DNA of 63,614 nucleotides, the filler included, from Octopus bimaculoides (lineage: Eukaryota): the NCBI RefSeq assembly GCF_001194135.2. It is 6 parts of 6 records of this genome, joined end to end, with 100 filler letters (N's around TTAATTAATTAA, not from the genome) between each part and the next. Parts side by side here need not be neighbours in the genome. Positions count along the whole stretch, not along the records: positions 1 to 25,517 come from NC_068985.1; 5 more parts are not named here. The stretch is one strand, 5' to 3'. Below the pieces are notes generated by a model. It did not search any database and had not been told where the DNA came from. It was given only the letters and a program-made list of their open reading frames with translations. This document shows positions 13,441-24,585 of this stretch, one piece after another. The position numbers and the translations under genes are program-made. The first letter of the stretch is position 1, and the number at the start of each line of letters is the position of its first letter.

Positions 13441-13617
13441 GAAGGCAAGAAGCTATTCTTTCATATGACAGAAGTCCACGTCAGTATTGATCTGCAACCC
13501 GGTGATGAAGTTGAACTTGTAACTGTGCATAACCACAGAAATGCCAAATTTTTATCTTGTAGTTTGTGTAAAATTACTGATACTTGACTCCCAGATCTTG
13601 TTTTAAATCGACTAAAG
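13441..13617 (+). pseudogene. CSDE1: Decayed fragment of CSDE1/UNR (last cold-shock domain and C-terminal linker)
   Basis: Translates EGKKLFFHMTEVHVSIDLQPGDEVELVTVHNHRNAKFLSCSLCKITDT*LPDLVLNRLK, matching the UNR C-terminal CSD as recalled (KKLFFHxxEV..LQxGDEVEF..NxRxxKxxAC..PDRLVNRLK). In-frame TGA at 13585-13587. Confidence 0.72.
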
Positions 13618-13631
13618 GACTTTTAACTGAA

Positions 13632-13800
13632 GACCGGCGTGCTTAAAAATTATAAAGCCAGAATTAAATTGAAAGAAAAACGCCTGGGAGTTGACATGAA
13701 AAAACGAACACGGCAAAGAACTGTTCTTATTGATACTTCTTTGGAGTTCATCTTGTAATGCCTATAAAAGTAGCAAATTCGCAAATGGCTATTTGTCAAA
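13632..13800 (+). mobile_element. Possible Gypsy-type pol remnant
   Basis: GVLKNYKARIKLKE..MKKRT resembles the pre-RT linker of K02A2.6-like Gypsy pol; frameshifted. Confidence 0.35.
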
Positions 13801-13919
13801 AATATGTAAACCTTTTCAATAGCTAAACACAAATGTGTCTTGGACTCAAGGCCATATCTGTATATGCCTTAGTTTGCTCTTGCATGTATGTGCTTGTGTA
13901 AATGCTGTTTTCATTAGGA

Positions 13920-14530
13920 GGGTTCTTCATCGTAAATTTCATTTTCTGTAATAACTTTTGGTTTTTCTCTATTTGTTGTAACTGTTGATCTTGTTGACGT
14001 ATGTTTTGTAGCGGCTATGATTGAGATATTAGTAACAGGAAGAGTTGGTACCAATTTAATTTTCTCTCTTGTAGTGCAAAAATCCTTGAAGTTTTCTATC
14101 CTCCTGCACGAATAGCATTTATACTATACACGCTTCCCTTTTGATCACACTCATTGACGCAGAAACATCTTCAGGTGTAATCAACACATGGACTTCTCAG
14201 TTCGGTTTTGTACTGAGGTAGCTCAAGCCATATGACTTCTCGGTTTTTTTTCCACCATTGCCACCACTTCTTGTGATCCTTTGTGTGACGCCACACCAAC
14301 CATTGGTAATTTTGTAATACGTCGTCTCATATTAAGTAGTATCTGTGCGATTTCTTGTGAGGTACTTGTTGTACATTGCTCATTGTGATATATTGCGACT
14401 GCTGTATTCTGCTGTACATCTTCAGCTCCTTTTGCTTCAAATCCCAAATTTCCTTTGATATGAAGTGATATAAAACAGTCTGATAGTTTATCATTTTATC
14501 GATATGATATCGTTCTACGTTTGGTGGCAC
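13920..14530 (-). pseudogene. Decayed coding-like segment, Trp/Tyr/Cys-rich then Thr-rich; product unknown
   Basis: One frame runs about 145 codons with only 3 stops (..NYQWLVWRH..WWQWWKK..YKTELRSPCVDYT*RCFCVNECD..), followed in another frame by a Thr-rich stretch. Confidence 0.3.
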
Positions 14531-14879
14531 TCACTTCTTCGACGACTTGTGCACCATATAAAATTTATAGTTTTCTGTTATGTAGTCTGTATCCTCAGGG
14601 AAACGCTGGGTCCTTGCTCTTACAGCGAGGGAAAATTCTCCATCATTATACTAGTATCGTTGCTGTTGATGCTGCTGACGTTGGTGTTTGATTTTGGTGC
14701 TGTTGCTTTTGTCATCGTTTCATTGTCCAGTATGATGAGACACAGATGGACTAGTGCCTATAATTCAAACACCATATACTCTCTTTTTCCATTTTAATTT
14801 AGTCATTTTCAAATAGTTTCTTCTGGCACAAAAGCTCGATCCGCTGACTGCTTGCTAATCTTCGGGAAAAAAACAAAAA

Positions 14880-16030
14880 CAAAAAACAGAAGAAACATTT
14901 TAGACAACCGAAATCACAGAAAGAGATAAAATGAGAAATAGCTGTAGATGCCGCCGCCTCAGTGCTTGTTTGCATTTCTGCAGCTGCGGTCTATCTAGTT
15001 GTCCACGAAAAGCATGTTGTTAGCAATTGAAACGTCTGTGGAACGTGCTCTCTCCATTAGAAATAGAAGGGTAGACACTCCAATGTTATCGGGTGAAAGA
15101 TGGGGAAAGGCACGACAGTGAGATAGTATTACGTTACATAGACGAAATAGGCATTTGCTACCGCAAAGTCACTTCTGGGTAAACCTAGTCACCCTTCTGG
15201 TAACCTCATCTGATTCCTATTTCCCTAAAACTCTGAAACAAACCAGATCTCAAATACCAAGAAGTTTATCTCGTTTGTCTGTTCAGAGCCCAAAAACGCA
15301 GACAGACATCATGGACTTACCTCTCAAGGTGCTGATCTGCAAGCTCATCGATTTGTCTTGGTTAGGATTTGTTCATGGCATCGCCTTATATTTCCTTAGG
15401 ATGATGATGATGACAACCTCGAGTTTTGTGATGACCGACAACATTTCGATAATGTCGTCTGCATATGTTGACACATTTCAATCGGGGTGACTCTCAGCAC
15501 CCAAAGTATCCTCAGAAATGGTTGTAGACTTTAAAAATACAGAAGAGATTACAGAAACCATTATTGCAGGACAGAGCAAGTGACACTAAATGGTTTCAAT
15601 CGATAGCCATTTGACTTGACCATCGACACAGATGCCTCCAATATTGTAATGATTCTTTCTCTGAAGAGAGGAGCGAAATCAGAAGCCCTTTTGGTAACGT
15701 TCACGAAACGAAAACGCCAACCTATCGAAAGCTTTCGATTGATCCCAATTGATTTGAACTTTACTGGTGTTAGACTTTGTTTTTTACTCGTGTTATATGT
15801 AATGTATCGATGAGATGTTGTATGTGTATGCACAGGGTTGCTCTTGTCTGCGCATGTTCGGTCAAATAAACTGTGAGAAGCCTCAACGTCTTCTCTAACA
15901 CCGCTACCAAATTCTTAATCCTTGTATTCAACAGAATAATTGTTCTATAAATTCGATAATTTTTTTTGTTCTTGTCGTTTCTCACCAGCGTTAAGACTCC
16001 TTGACCGTCAAAACCATTAATTCTACCGTC
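14880..16030 (-). mobile_element. L1/Tx1-clade LINE reverse transcriptase remnant
   Basis: Minus-strand motifs in RT order: NYRIYRTIILLNTRIKNLVAVLEKTL, SNGYRLKPFSVTCSVLQ, STYADD (YADD at 15454-15465), ..KLLGI*DLV..; many stops and frameshifts. Confidence 0.8.
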
Positions 16031-17310
16031 TGTTGCTAGTTGTAGCAGACGGCTGCCAAGAAATTATGAAACATGTCTGATATTTAAGCATACAATAGAC
16101 TCTACCAGCTTTACTCTTAGACCAAACGATCTGCCACTCTGACATTCAATTAACATTTTCTGTTATTTCAACCGCTGTTATCAGACTTTCAGAGCCATTT
16201 GCCCGTCGATCAGAGAGTTGCATCTTTAGTAATTGGGTCGACTAGTGTCTTGGTAGACTTCACCTTACAGTAAAGTACACTATATGTTACTGATGTAGAC
16301 CGCATTCTAATGAAGCTCCAATAACTATTAGAATAACCATCTTTGAGAGCAAAGTCAACAAAACAATACCATTCGAATAGTCTTAAATTCATTCTATTCT
16401 CTACCCAAATGCCATCAAATACCACACCATCGCCAATACTGAAGAAAATAATACCAGCTAGTCTTTCAAATACAATTTTTATCATCTCTCACCATATTTG
16501 AACTATCACCTCTCTACTACCACAAAAGCTGTATTTAAAATATGTTTTCAATAATTTTCCAGTTATCTCCGAAATATGTAGTAAACACTTTAAACCTATT
16601 CACGACTTGGAATAGGTTTACCGTGTTCTTATAAAGTGTTCACTTTACTTTCGATTCTCACTCCTTATCTATTTCATATTTCTTTAATCTAATTTACATC
16701 ACTAAAACTTTTAGGAAAGGCATGAAAGTCATCATTTGGATTTTCTTCTCTACTCTCCAAGTTAATACAGCTGATCAAAAATTGATGGATATCACTGATT
16801 ACGAATAGTCAGGTAGTTATATATACCCCTTCCATACCGTGCCAACCCTACAAAAATAAATAAATAAAAGCGCTGAAAAAAATTTGCTGGTTGACTCTAG
16901 TTTTTCATTTGAGTGTGAAATGAATAGTTTATCAGCTTTATCTTCGAATTTGCGGGCTAAAAAAATACAAACGAACGACCAAAAAATGGCATTATCGATT
17001 TCCGAGCAAAAGGTAATAAAATTCAACAAGCAGAGCAAATTCACAGAAGCAATAAAATACAAAAAGATGAAAAAAAAAAACAAAACAAAAACCATAATAA
17101 ACTCCAACAGCTGCAGCTTTAGTAATAGCAGTGGTAGTAGTAACGGTTGTAATACTAATCTAGAAATGTTCCTTTTTTCTGTCGCAGTGCAAGTTGGAAC
17201 GATACAGCTCTGCGAATAAAACAGTTAATTGAAAATGGAGGTGAGATGTGGCTTTGATGCCTGAACTAACATCATCTATTTTATGCATAGAAATACGGGT
17301 TTGTTTATTG

Positions 17311-17354
<44 letters not shown>

Positions 17355-17803
17355 CATAATTTTCCAAAGGGAGAAAGTGTATTTGATAGAATTGCATTGT
17401 AGTAAAAACGTTTCATTGAATTATTTTATTACTCCCAAGGAAGTGACAGGCAGAGTTAATCCAGTGAAGATAAAGAGAAGAAAATAAAGCGAAGTAAGTA
17501 CTGTTTAACATGTGAACCGATGCACTACCGCTCTGTTCATTCACGGTCTTGAACCAAGAATTAATTTAGCCTCATGGCAGTCATTCAACAAGATAACCCT
17601 CAAATCACATTTGACGATCTTAAAATTAGGAGTTAAAACAAACAGGTGAAATCCTTTGGAATAATGTAGGTCAAGATACTTTAGTTACTCTGTCTGAGAA
17701 AAAAAAGATGGCTACAACGTCTTTGATAATAAAGGTGGTTGACGATAGTTGAACGGACGCTAAATAACAACAAAATAACAGCCAGGATATATAAGTCTAG
17801 AAA

Positions 17804-18020
17804 CATCATCTCATCTCATTTTCTTCGCCTTCTTAATCCTGTGAGAGTCGTGGGTGCAGAATCCTTAAGTACGCCGCCTTCCATCGGGTCCTGTCAGAAA
17901 CAACCATCTCCATTCGACCCGGCTGGATCCTCAAGCGAGATCAACCGAACTCATGGATATCATCCAACCATCTTGTTCCTGGTCTACTCTGTGTTTCTTG
18001 CCAGTTGCTTTTGCCCATAA
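17804..18020 (-). mobile_element. RTE-like LINE 3' end
   Basis: RPGTRWLDDIHEFG..DRTRWKAA C-terminal motif followed by a short-repeat tail (gagatgagatgatg). Confidence 0.65.
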
Positions 18021-18024
18021 AACC

Positions 18025-18268
18025 TGTACATTATTTCCATTTGACGGATATTTGTCCTCATCTTGTTTGTTGTTAACACAACGTTTCGGCTGATATACCC
18101 TCCAACCTTCATCAGGTGTCTTGGGGAAAATTTCGAACCTGGGTTCTCATTCCTAAGGTATTTTTCGATGTTGTTATCATTATTATTATTATTCAGGTCA
18201 CTGCCTGGAATCGAACTCGGAATCTTGGGGTTAGTAGCCCACGCTCTTTACCACTATGCCATATGGCC
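18025..18268 (-). mobile_element. tRNA-headed SINE family H (head + (TAA)n + hammerhead-bearing 3' body), copy 1
   Basis: On minus: A box 'tggcatagtgg', B box 'gagttcgattcc', short TAA array, 'catcgaaaaataccttaggaatgagaacccaggttcgaaat', HHR, tail 'aacaaacaagatgaggacaaatatccgtcaaatg'. Homologous copies at 24586-24864 and 60346-60528. Confidence 0.88.
18075..18120 (-). ncRNA. Minimal type I hammerhead ribozyme, core intact
   Basis: GACAC-CUGAUGA-A-GGUUG-GAGGGUAUAU-CAGCC-GAAA-C-GUU-GUGUU: stem I 5 bp, stem II 5 bp, palindromic stem III ACGU, GUU triplet; predicted cleavage between 18080 and 18079. Confidence 0.82.
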
Positions 18269-18849
18269 CATCAACCCTGTTCAGCAATTGTTTACCGAGA
18301 CATGCTTACCACATGTCCTCAGTATTGAAGCTGTGATCTCTCAAACTCGGGTTTTGAAATATAATTTCAAAAATTCATTCAAGGTCAAAGATATATTAGG
18401 GAGCCAGATCTAATCGAGTTAATCATCCATTAGTCGATTCAATCAGCCATTGTATTAAATGAATGGCATTTATTTTATCGACCAAGGAGGAATAAAAAGA
18501 AAAGCAGATTCTGGGAAGATGTGAACTTGAATAAAAAAACGAAAAACAAAAACAAATGCGGCGTTTTTATTTTTTTATTTTACTGAGACTTTCTACAGTT
18601 TTTGAAACAAACCGACCCGTTTTTAGAGCTAAATAATGGAAAAAGAGAAAAAATATCAACGCTGCTAACTTGGAAAGAAAGATTAGTTGATTAAATCGAC
18701 GGATAGTCTATTTTATCGAACTTTAGACGAATAAAAGACAAAAGTAGCCTCACGTATGTGATCGGGGTAATACGTGCCGTTCCAAGAGACATTAGAATAT
18801 ATAATGTAAGTGAATGCATGTATATTTATGGATGGTTGCATGTATTCTT

Positions 18850-19135
18850 TCGTTTCCTTTTACTTCCTTCAGTCGTTTGACTACGGCCATGCTGGAGCGC
18901 CGACTCGAGAAGTATTAGTCGAACAAATCGACCACGGATTTGTTTATTAAACCTAGTACTTATACTGCCAAATTCTTTTGCTGAAACGATAAGTTCCTGG
19001 GACGTAACAAGTAACAAATCTTTGGTCGGACTGAGGTTATAGTTGAAGACACTTGCCGAATGTGCCGCCCAGTGGGACTGAACCCAGAACGATGTAGTTG
19101 GTGAGCAAGCTTCTTATCACACCGCCTTGTGCCTA
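18850..19135 (-). mobile_element. SINE family B, internally deleted
   Basis: Tail 'cagtcgtttgactacggccatgctggagc' and head 'cagtgggactgaacccagaac..ggtgagcaagcttcttatcac'. Confidence 0.85.
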
Positions 19136-19254
19136 GAGTATAAAAGATTATTTGCTATCAGAGTGTAAAGGCCTGTGATTAAATACCACAAAGCAGGCGT
19201 GTATGTAAACAAGATTGTACGTATGCATGCATGAATGTATGTACGTATATATAT

Positions 19255-19257
19255 ATG

Positions 19258-19346
<89 letters not shown>

Positions 19347-19395
19347 ACACACACATATCTATCTATCTATATATATATATATATATATATATGCA
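19255..19395. repeat. (CA)n + (TA)n microsatellite
   Basis: Read directly. Confidence 0.95.
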
Positions 19396-19978
19396 TGCTT
19401 AATTACAAACACACACACACTCAATATCGTATACACGTTTTGTGAACGCAATGTGTCCTTACGAGACAGAAAAAAATGGCAGTCTTTCGAAATATTTGTA
19501 AATACTCACTGTACCATTATAATTGTTATCAATTGGATAAGCGAATGTGAATCAGTCTTCCATGTTCTTTACTGGAAAGAAAAAACAGCATTTCTACGGT
19601 TCTAGATTAATCTTTATTAATATTGCAGAAGCCAATGATCCTGTAGCGACGGAATAAATCTCATTTAAAGTCAGAGTTTAACCTATAGGGTTCACGATGG
19701 ATTATAGTTGATCTTTACACTACAGATGAGACATAAACAGCTGCAGAACAGTTGACCTTTGTTTCAGTGATAATCTTTCGTTTCTCGTCGTAGCAAATAA
19801 TGTCAGCTTCAGGCCTTTAGGCTTTGTTGGTCTCTACTGTTGTTATTTTATCCTAAGTCAATTCCTTTGATTCTGAAAACGGCATTCTCACTATTTACCT
19901 TATGTATATATAAAGTATTAGTTAATATCTTATTATCCAATGCGTAGGTGTTTACAATTGTATATTTCTGAGATGTCC

Positions 19979-20119
19979 GAAGGCATTGCAATCCCAGAGT
20001 CACAGACAGTGAGGGACTTGAGGATCAGTATGTGTAATGATCCATCATTTCAAAAGCACATTATCAAGATGGCAGCGAAGTGCCGAGAACTGGCAGGCTG
20101 GATTTTAAAGTCCTTCTAG
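19979..20119 (+). mobile_element. CR1/L2-type LINE RT C-terminal fragment
   Basis: EGIAIPESQTVRDLRISMCNDPSFQKHIIKMAAKCRELAGWILKSF*, matching the 'V.DLG...D..F..HI......L.GWI.R.F' motif. Confidence 0.7.
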
Positions 20120-20163
20120 ATAAAAGATCAAGAAGTCGTGTTGACGAAGTGGAAGAATCACAA

Positions 20164-20204
20164 GACACCTGAAGAAGACTGGATTGTACAACAGCTGAAA
20201 CGTA
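20164..20204 (+). ncRNA. Degenerate minimal type I hammerhead related to family H
   Basis: GACAC-CUGAAGA-A-GACUG-(10 nt)-CAGCU-GAAA-C-GUA; core intact, stem II mismatched, stem I partner lost; downstream 'aacaataagatcaggac' homologous to the family H tail. Confidence 0.55.
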
Positions 20205-20454
20205 ACGAAAGCAACAATAAGATCAGGACCTCAGTCTGATTAATGTAAACAGTATGTAGGTTTTATTATAGAAAGTGTGATAAGATTTCAAGGATATTTA
20301 GCTGTTATTTCTCGCAGAATGAGTGACTATCTAGACGTAGCCGAATATTGTTTCTAAGCAATTTGATCATCACAATGATGATTACGGTGAATTAAGTTGT
20401 TTGCTGTTATTGGTAGTAGCAACAGTGGCTTTATTGCTGGTCACAGTTTTGGCG

Positions 20455-20475
20455 GTGATGGTGGTGGTGGTGATA

Positions 20476-20541
<66 letters not shown>

Positions 20542-20580
20542 GTGATGATGATGATGATGATGGAGGTGATGATGATGCTG
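20455..20580. repeat. (GAT)n trinucleotide repeat
   Basis: Read directly. Confidence 0.9.
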
Positions 20581-21067
20581 CTGACGATGAATGTTTTAGA
20601 CTTGTAAAAGCACATTTGAAGTTAATGCCTTCCCTTTTATGTTAGAATTTAAAAAATAAACATGTACATTTGGTAGTAAAGTCTCTTGTGTTCTGTTATT
20701 TTATTCTACTTATTTATTTTCGACTGTATTTTTTTTTTTTTGTATATTTAAACATTGGCATTTTGGAAAGATAAAGGTTTTTCGCAACCGCAATTTCCGT
20801 TTTTGTTTACATATAATCAAACATAAATTTAAGAGATTTGACTGTTATTTCTAACATGTGGAGAGACCTTCAAGTTTTTACTGCATTTACTGGCTGAAGA
20901 TCAGCTACGCCTGCACAAATGAGCGAAAATGTTTCAAAACATCCGGAATATTAATGTGAATTTGAGAAGAGTGGGAGGGGTTTTATTATTATTTTTTTTA
21001 AATTGAAATTTTAGGAAAAAAAGATTTTTAAGAATCATATTACCCACATTCTTCTATGCGGAATTCA

Positions 21068-21250
21068 AGGCGGCGAGGTGGCAGAATTGTTAGCACGCTG
21101 GACGAAATGTTTAACGGTATTTCTCCCGTCGCTACGTTCTGAGTTCAATTTCCACCAAGGTAGACTATACCTTTCATCAGTTCGGCGTTGATAAATTGAG
21201 TGATCGACTATCCTACTCGCCCAAATTTAAGGCTTTGTACACATAATAGG
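21068..21250 (+). mobile_element. SINE family A
   Basis: 'aggcggcgaggtggcagaattgttagcacg...tacgttctgagttcaatttcc'. Confidence 0.85.
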
Positions 21251-22871
21251 AAGGATTTTTCTATGTGGAACCCAAAAATAATTTTCGCAAAAAACTGAGA
21301 AACGGAAAAATCAAGGGTGAGATTCAAATTTTGGAAAAAATCGGGTGAGACGGTGAGATTTAATGTTTGTGAAAAATCGAGGGTGGTCGTGGGGTGAGAT
21401 TTAAATTTTGAAATGTTGATTTTTTTATCAGAATCGGAATCTGTAAATCAAATTAAAAAATGGGTGTGGGTTGCTTATTGTGCTTTTCCCTCAAAAATAT
21501 AACTGAGTTTGGATTTTGTCCTAGTGGAGTTTTGTACGGATCCCAATGCCACTCAGCAAGAAATTTAATGAACCTATACTAGAAGACCCAGCAATGTTAA
21601 GAAATGGACGATATGTTTTACAGCACCATTTAAACTAGTCTCAAGTTCTAGTAGCTGCTTGTGGTCATATTCGAGAATTTCAAAAAAATCTTTGACATTG
21701 TGCAACGAGAATCGCTGTAGAAGTTCATCGCTCTGTCTGAAATGACTACCCGCTATATCAGTATTATGCAATTACATTATGTTTGTGTTTATGCGTTTTG
21801 TCTTTTCGTATCATACATGCTTGTCTTATTTTGTGACTTTATCTAACGTAAAACTTTAGCAGCGCAAGCATAATACCTGATTAACCTGCTCATTGTGTGC
21901 TTATTTTATTCTCCATTTTTGATTTTTAAATTCGCATTTTATCTATGATTAATTGTAAATAGGTTCATTATATATAAATGAACTGTTCTTCATTCTAAAT
22001 CATTCTAAACCATGATTTGTCCTGTAAAGGCAAATAACGTAATGTATCTCCCCGAGAACTACGTTAAGGGTACACGTGTCTGTGGAGTGCTCAGCCACTT
22101 GCACGTTAATTTCACGAGCAGTCTGTTCCATTGATCGGACAAACTGGAACCCTCATCGTCGATACTGACGTAGTGCCACGATATGTCATTAAAATAAGTT
22201 AGGTAGTATAAAAGCAATACATACAGGTAACATATATTAATTCATACACATGTACATACACTTCCATACACACTTGCACACACAAATACACATATATAAT
22301 CATATACTTACGGAAGGAAAACGTCTGAAGCAAGAAGAGAAATTTTCAATAAGTTTTAGTTTAAACTAATACTAACTCCCCAGAATCACAAGTAACCATA
22401 CATAATCAATATCAAAATGGCGAATATCGAATAATTTTTCTTACTAACCCAAACCTCTGGGACTTCTGGAAGCAGTAATTACTTAACTAGTGGCTTGCAT
22501 TAAAAATGACATTCTTACGAACAGATATCATTAGCTGTCACTTAACCCTGAATACACTGACGGCTATCAAAGTTCCATTGTTTATCACAAACATAGAGAC
22601 TCCTTTGATATCGCCATTAACTATGCTCTCTTTGCGTTAGTGAATGGAGTGATACAAGGACCTTTAAACTCTCCTTGCGTATATAACTTGTCTTCGACAT
22701 GCACCTCTGACTCGACTTGTATGTTTTCTTTTCTACGAATATAAAGTCTTTGTTTTGTCACGATTAATAAGCCGTGACAGTTTATCAAATATTCACACTT
22801 CACTTTCATGTGATAGCTAAGCATTGCGATCCTTTATAACTTCTGTTTCTGTATCAAAGGAATTTTTAGTA

Positions 22872-22902
<31 letters not shown>

Positions 22903-22933
22903 TTGTGTTCGTGCGTTTGAGTGTGTTTGTATG

Positions 22934-22985
<52 letters not shown>

Positions 22986-23149
22986 TGAGCTGTAGCGGTG
23001 GTGGGTGGAATATATACTGGATCATGGTAATAAGTTACGTTAATAGATCAAAATGCCATTACAAAACAATTCCATAGCAACTTGTGATGGAAATCATTAT
23101 CTCAGGAACAATGATGCCAGCAAGATGTCAGCATCAATTTTCATTCATC

Positions 23150-23167
23150 GTTACTCATCACCATCGC

Positions 23168-23218
<51 letters not shown>

Positions 23219-23781
23219 AATTATTATTATCATCACCATCAACAATGTGATCATAATCAGTCATTGGCACAAACTTTCATTGTCATCACATCGTTGTCGA
23301 CCGCGTAGTCGTCGTCGCCGTCGAGACCATTGTCATCAACATCGTCACCGTCGTCATCATTGTTGTCATCATCATCATCATCAACAACAACAACAACAAC
23401 ATCGTCACCATCATCGTCATCATCATCGTTATCATCACTGTCATCTTTAAAATTATGTAAAAATCATTCTAGCATTTTATAAGCCACAAAACTGTTCAAT
23501 TTTATCATCATCATTATCATCATCGCTATCGTCATCATGGCTCTCATTATTATTATCGCTGTCGTCGTCATGGTTGTCATCATCATCGTCATCATCATCA
23601 TCATTATCGCCATCAACATCCTCATCATCATCATTATCATCCCCTACATCATCACCGTCGTCATCATCATCATCATTATCATTATTATCGTCATCCTCAT
23701 CATCGTCGTCGTTATCATCATCATCCACATCATCATCGTCATCATCATCGCCGTCATCGCCATCGTTGCCATCATCAACAT

Positions 23782-23814
<33 letters not shown>

Positions 23815-23830
23815 TATCATCATCATCATT
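23150..23830. repeat. Long degenerate (CAT)n/(CGT)n/(CAA)n trinucleotide field
   Basis: Read directly; yields poly-H/D/I/S ORFs in several frames. Confidence 0.9.
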
Positions 23831-24384
23831 GTAGTTTTCGTCACTATCATGATGAACATTTTGACGATCCATCCACATCGTGGAAAGCTATTCTTGCACA
23901 TAATAACCCACAAAACAAATTTAATGGAGTTGCAGCGGAACTGTGTTAATGACCAGGCCGCAGTTGTGCGACGAAAATATTGATACCTCATGAAATTAAT
24001 TTGGAGTGAAATTAACAGTCTTGTGTGTTATTAAATTACCACAATGATTCTTCAACGATGTTGTTGCTACAATTTTCAACACAAGATCTCTAACCACGTG
24101 ACAACTCCAAAATTATGATAATCGTCACTAATTAACACATATGCCCATCGAAGTCATCGTGATAGTCAACTTGATCAAGATGATGATGATGAACATCGTT
24201 ATTGCCATGGTCGTCGAGCTTCTCTTTGTCCACGTCCTGATCTTCCTCCTCAACTCAACAGCACCTCGAGGCGTCGCTGGAGTGAAGGTCGTCGGTAAAT
24301 AGAAATCTCGACCAATGAAACCCATCTTCTCCACACGAAACGAAAGATCATGTACTCCAATATGGTTAGACGTTTTTCAGGATA

Positions 24385-24460
24385 AATACGACTGCAGCCA
24401 TGCTGGAGCACCCACTTTGAAGAATTTTTTTGTCGAGTGACTCGACCCAGTACTCGTTCT
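24385..24460 (-). mobile_element. SINE family B tail fragment
   Basis: 'gactgcagccatgctggagcacc..tttg..gaa...gtcga..gactcgacccag'. Confidence 0.6.
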
Positions 24461-24585
24461 TAAAAAGCCCAGACGGCCGAGATGTGCACAAAGCAACGAA
24501 GTTGTCCTGCAGAAGTTAGCCACATCTACCCACCTTCCAGTTGTTTCATCCTTTCAGCTCATTTCCGAGTGCTTTTCGCCGTGTT

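Noticed and set aside
16400-16445. VVFDGIW peptide resembling the GH31 alpha-glucosidase catalytic motif
   Set aside because: The following DMNE residues and surrounding context are missing.
18195-18268. SINE heads as real tRNA genes
   Set aside because: A/B boxes present but acceptor and anticodon stems do not fold canonically, and each is fused to a repeat body.
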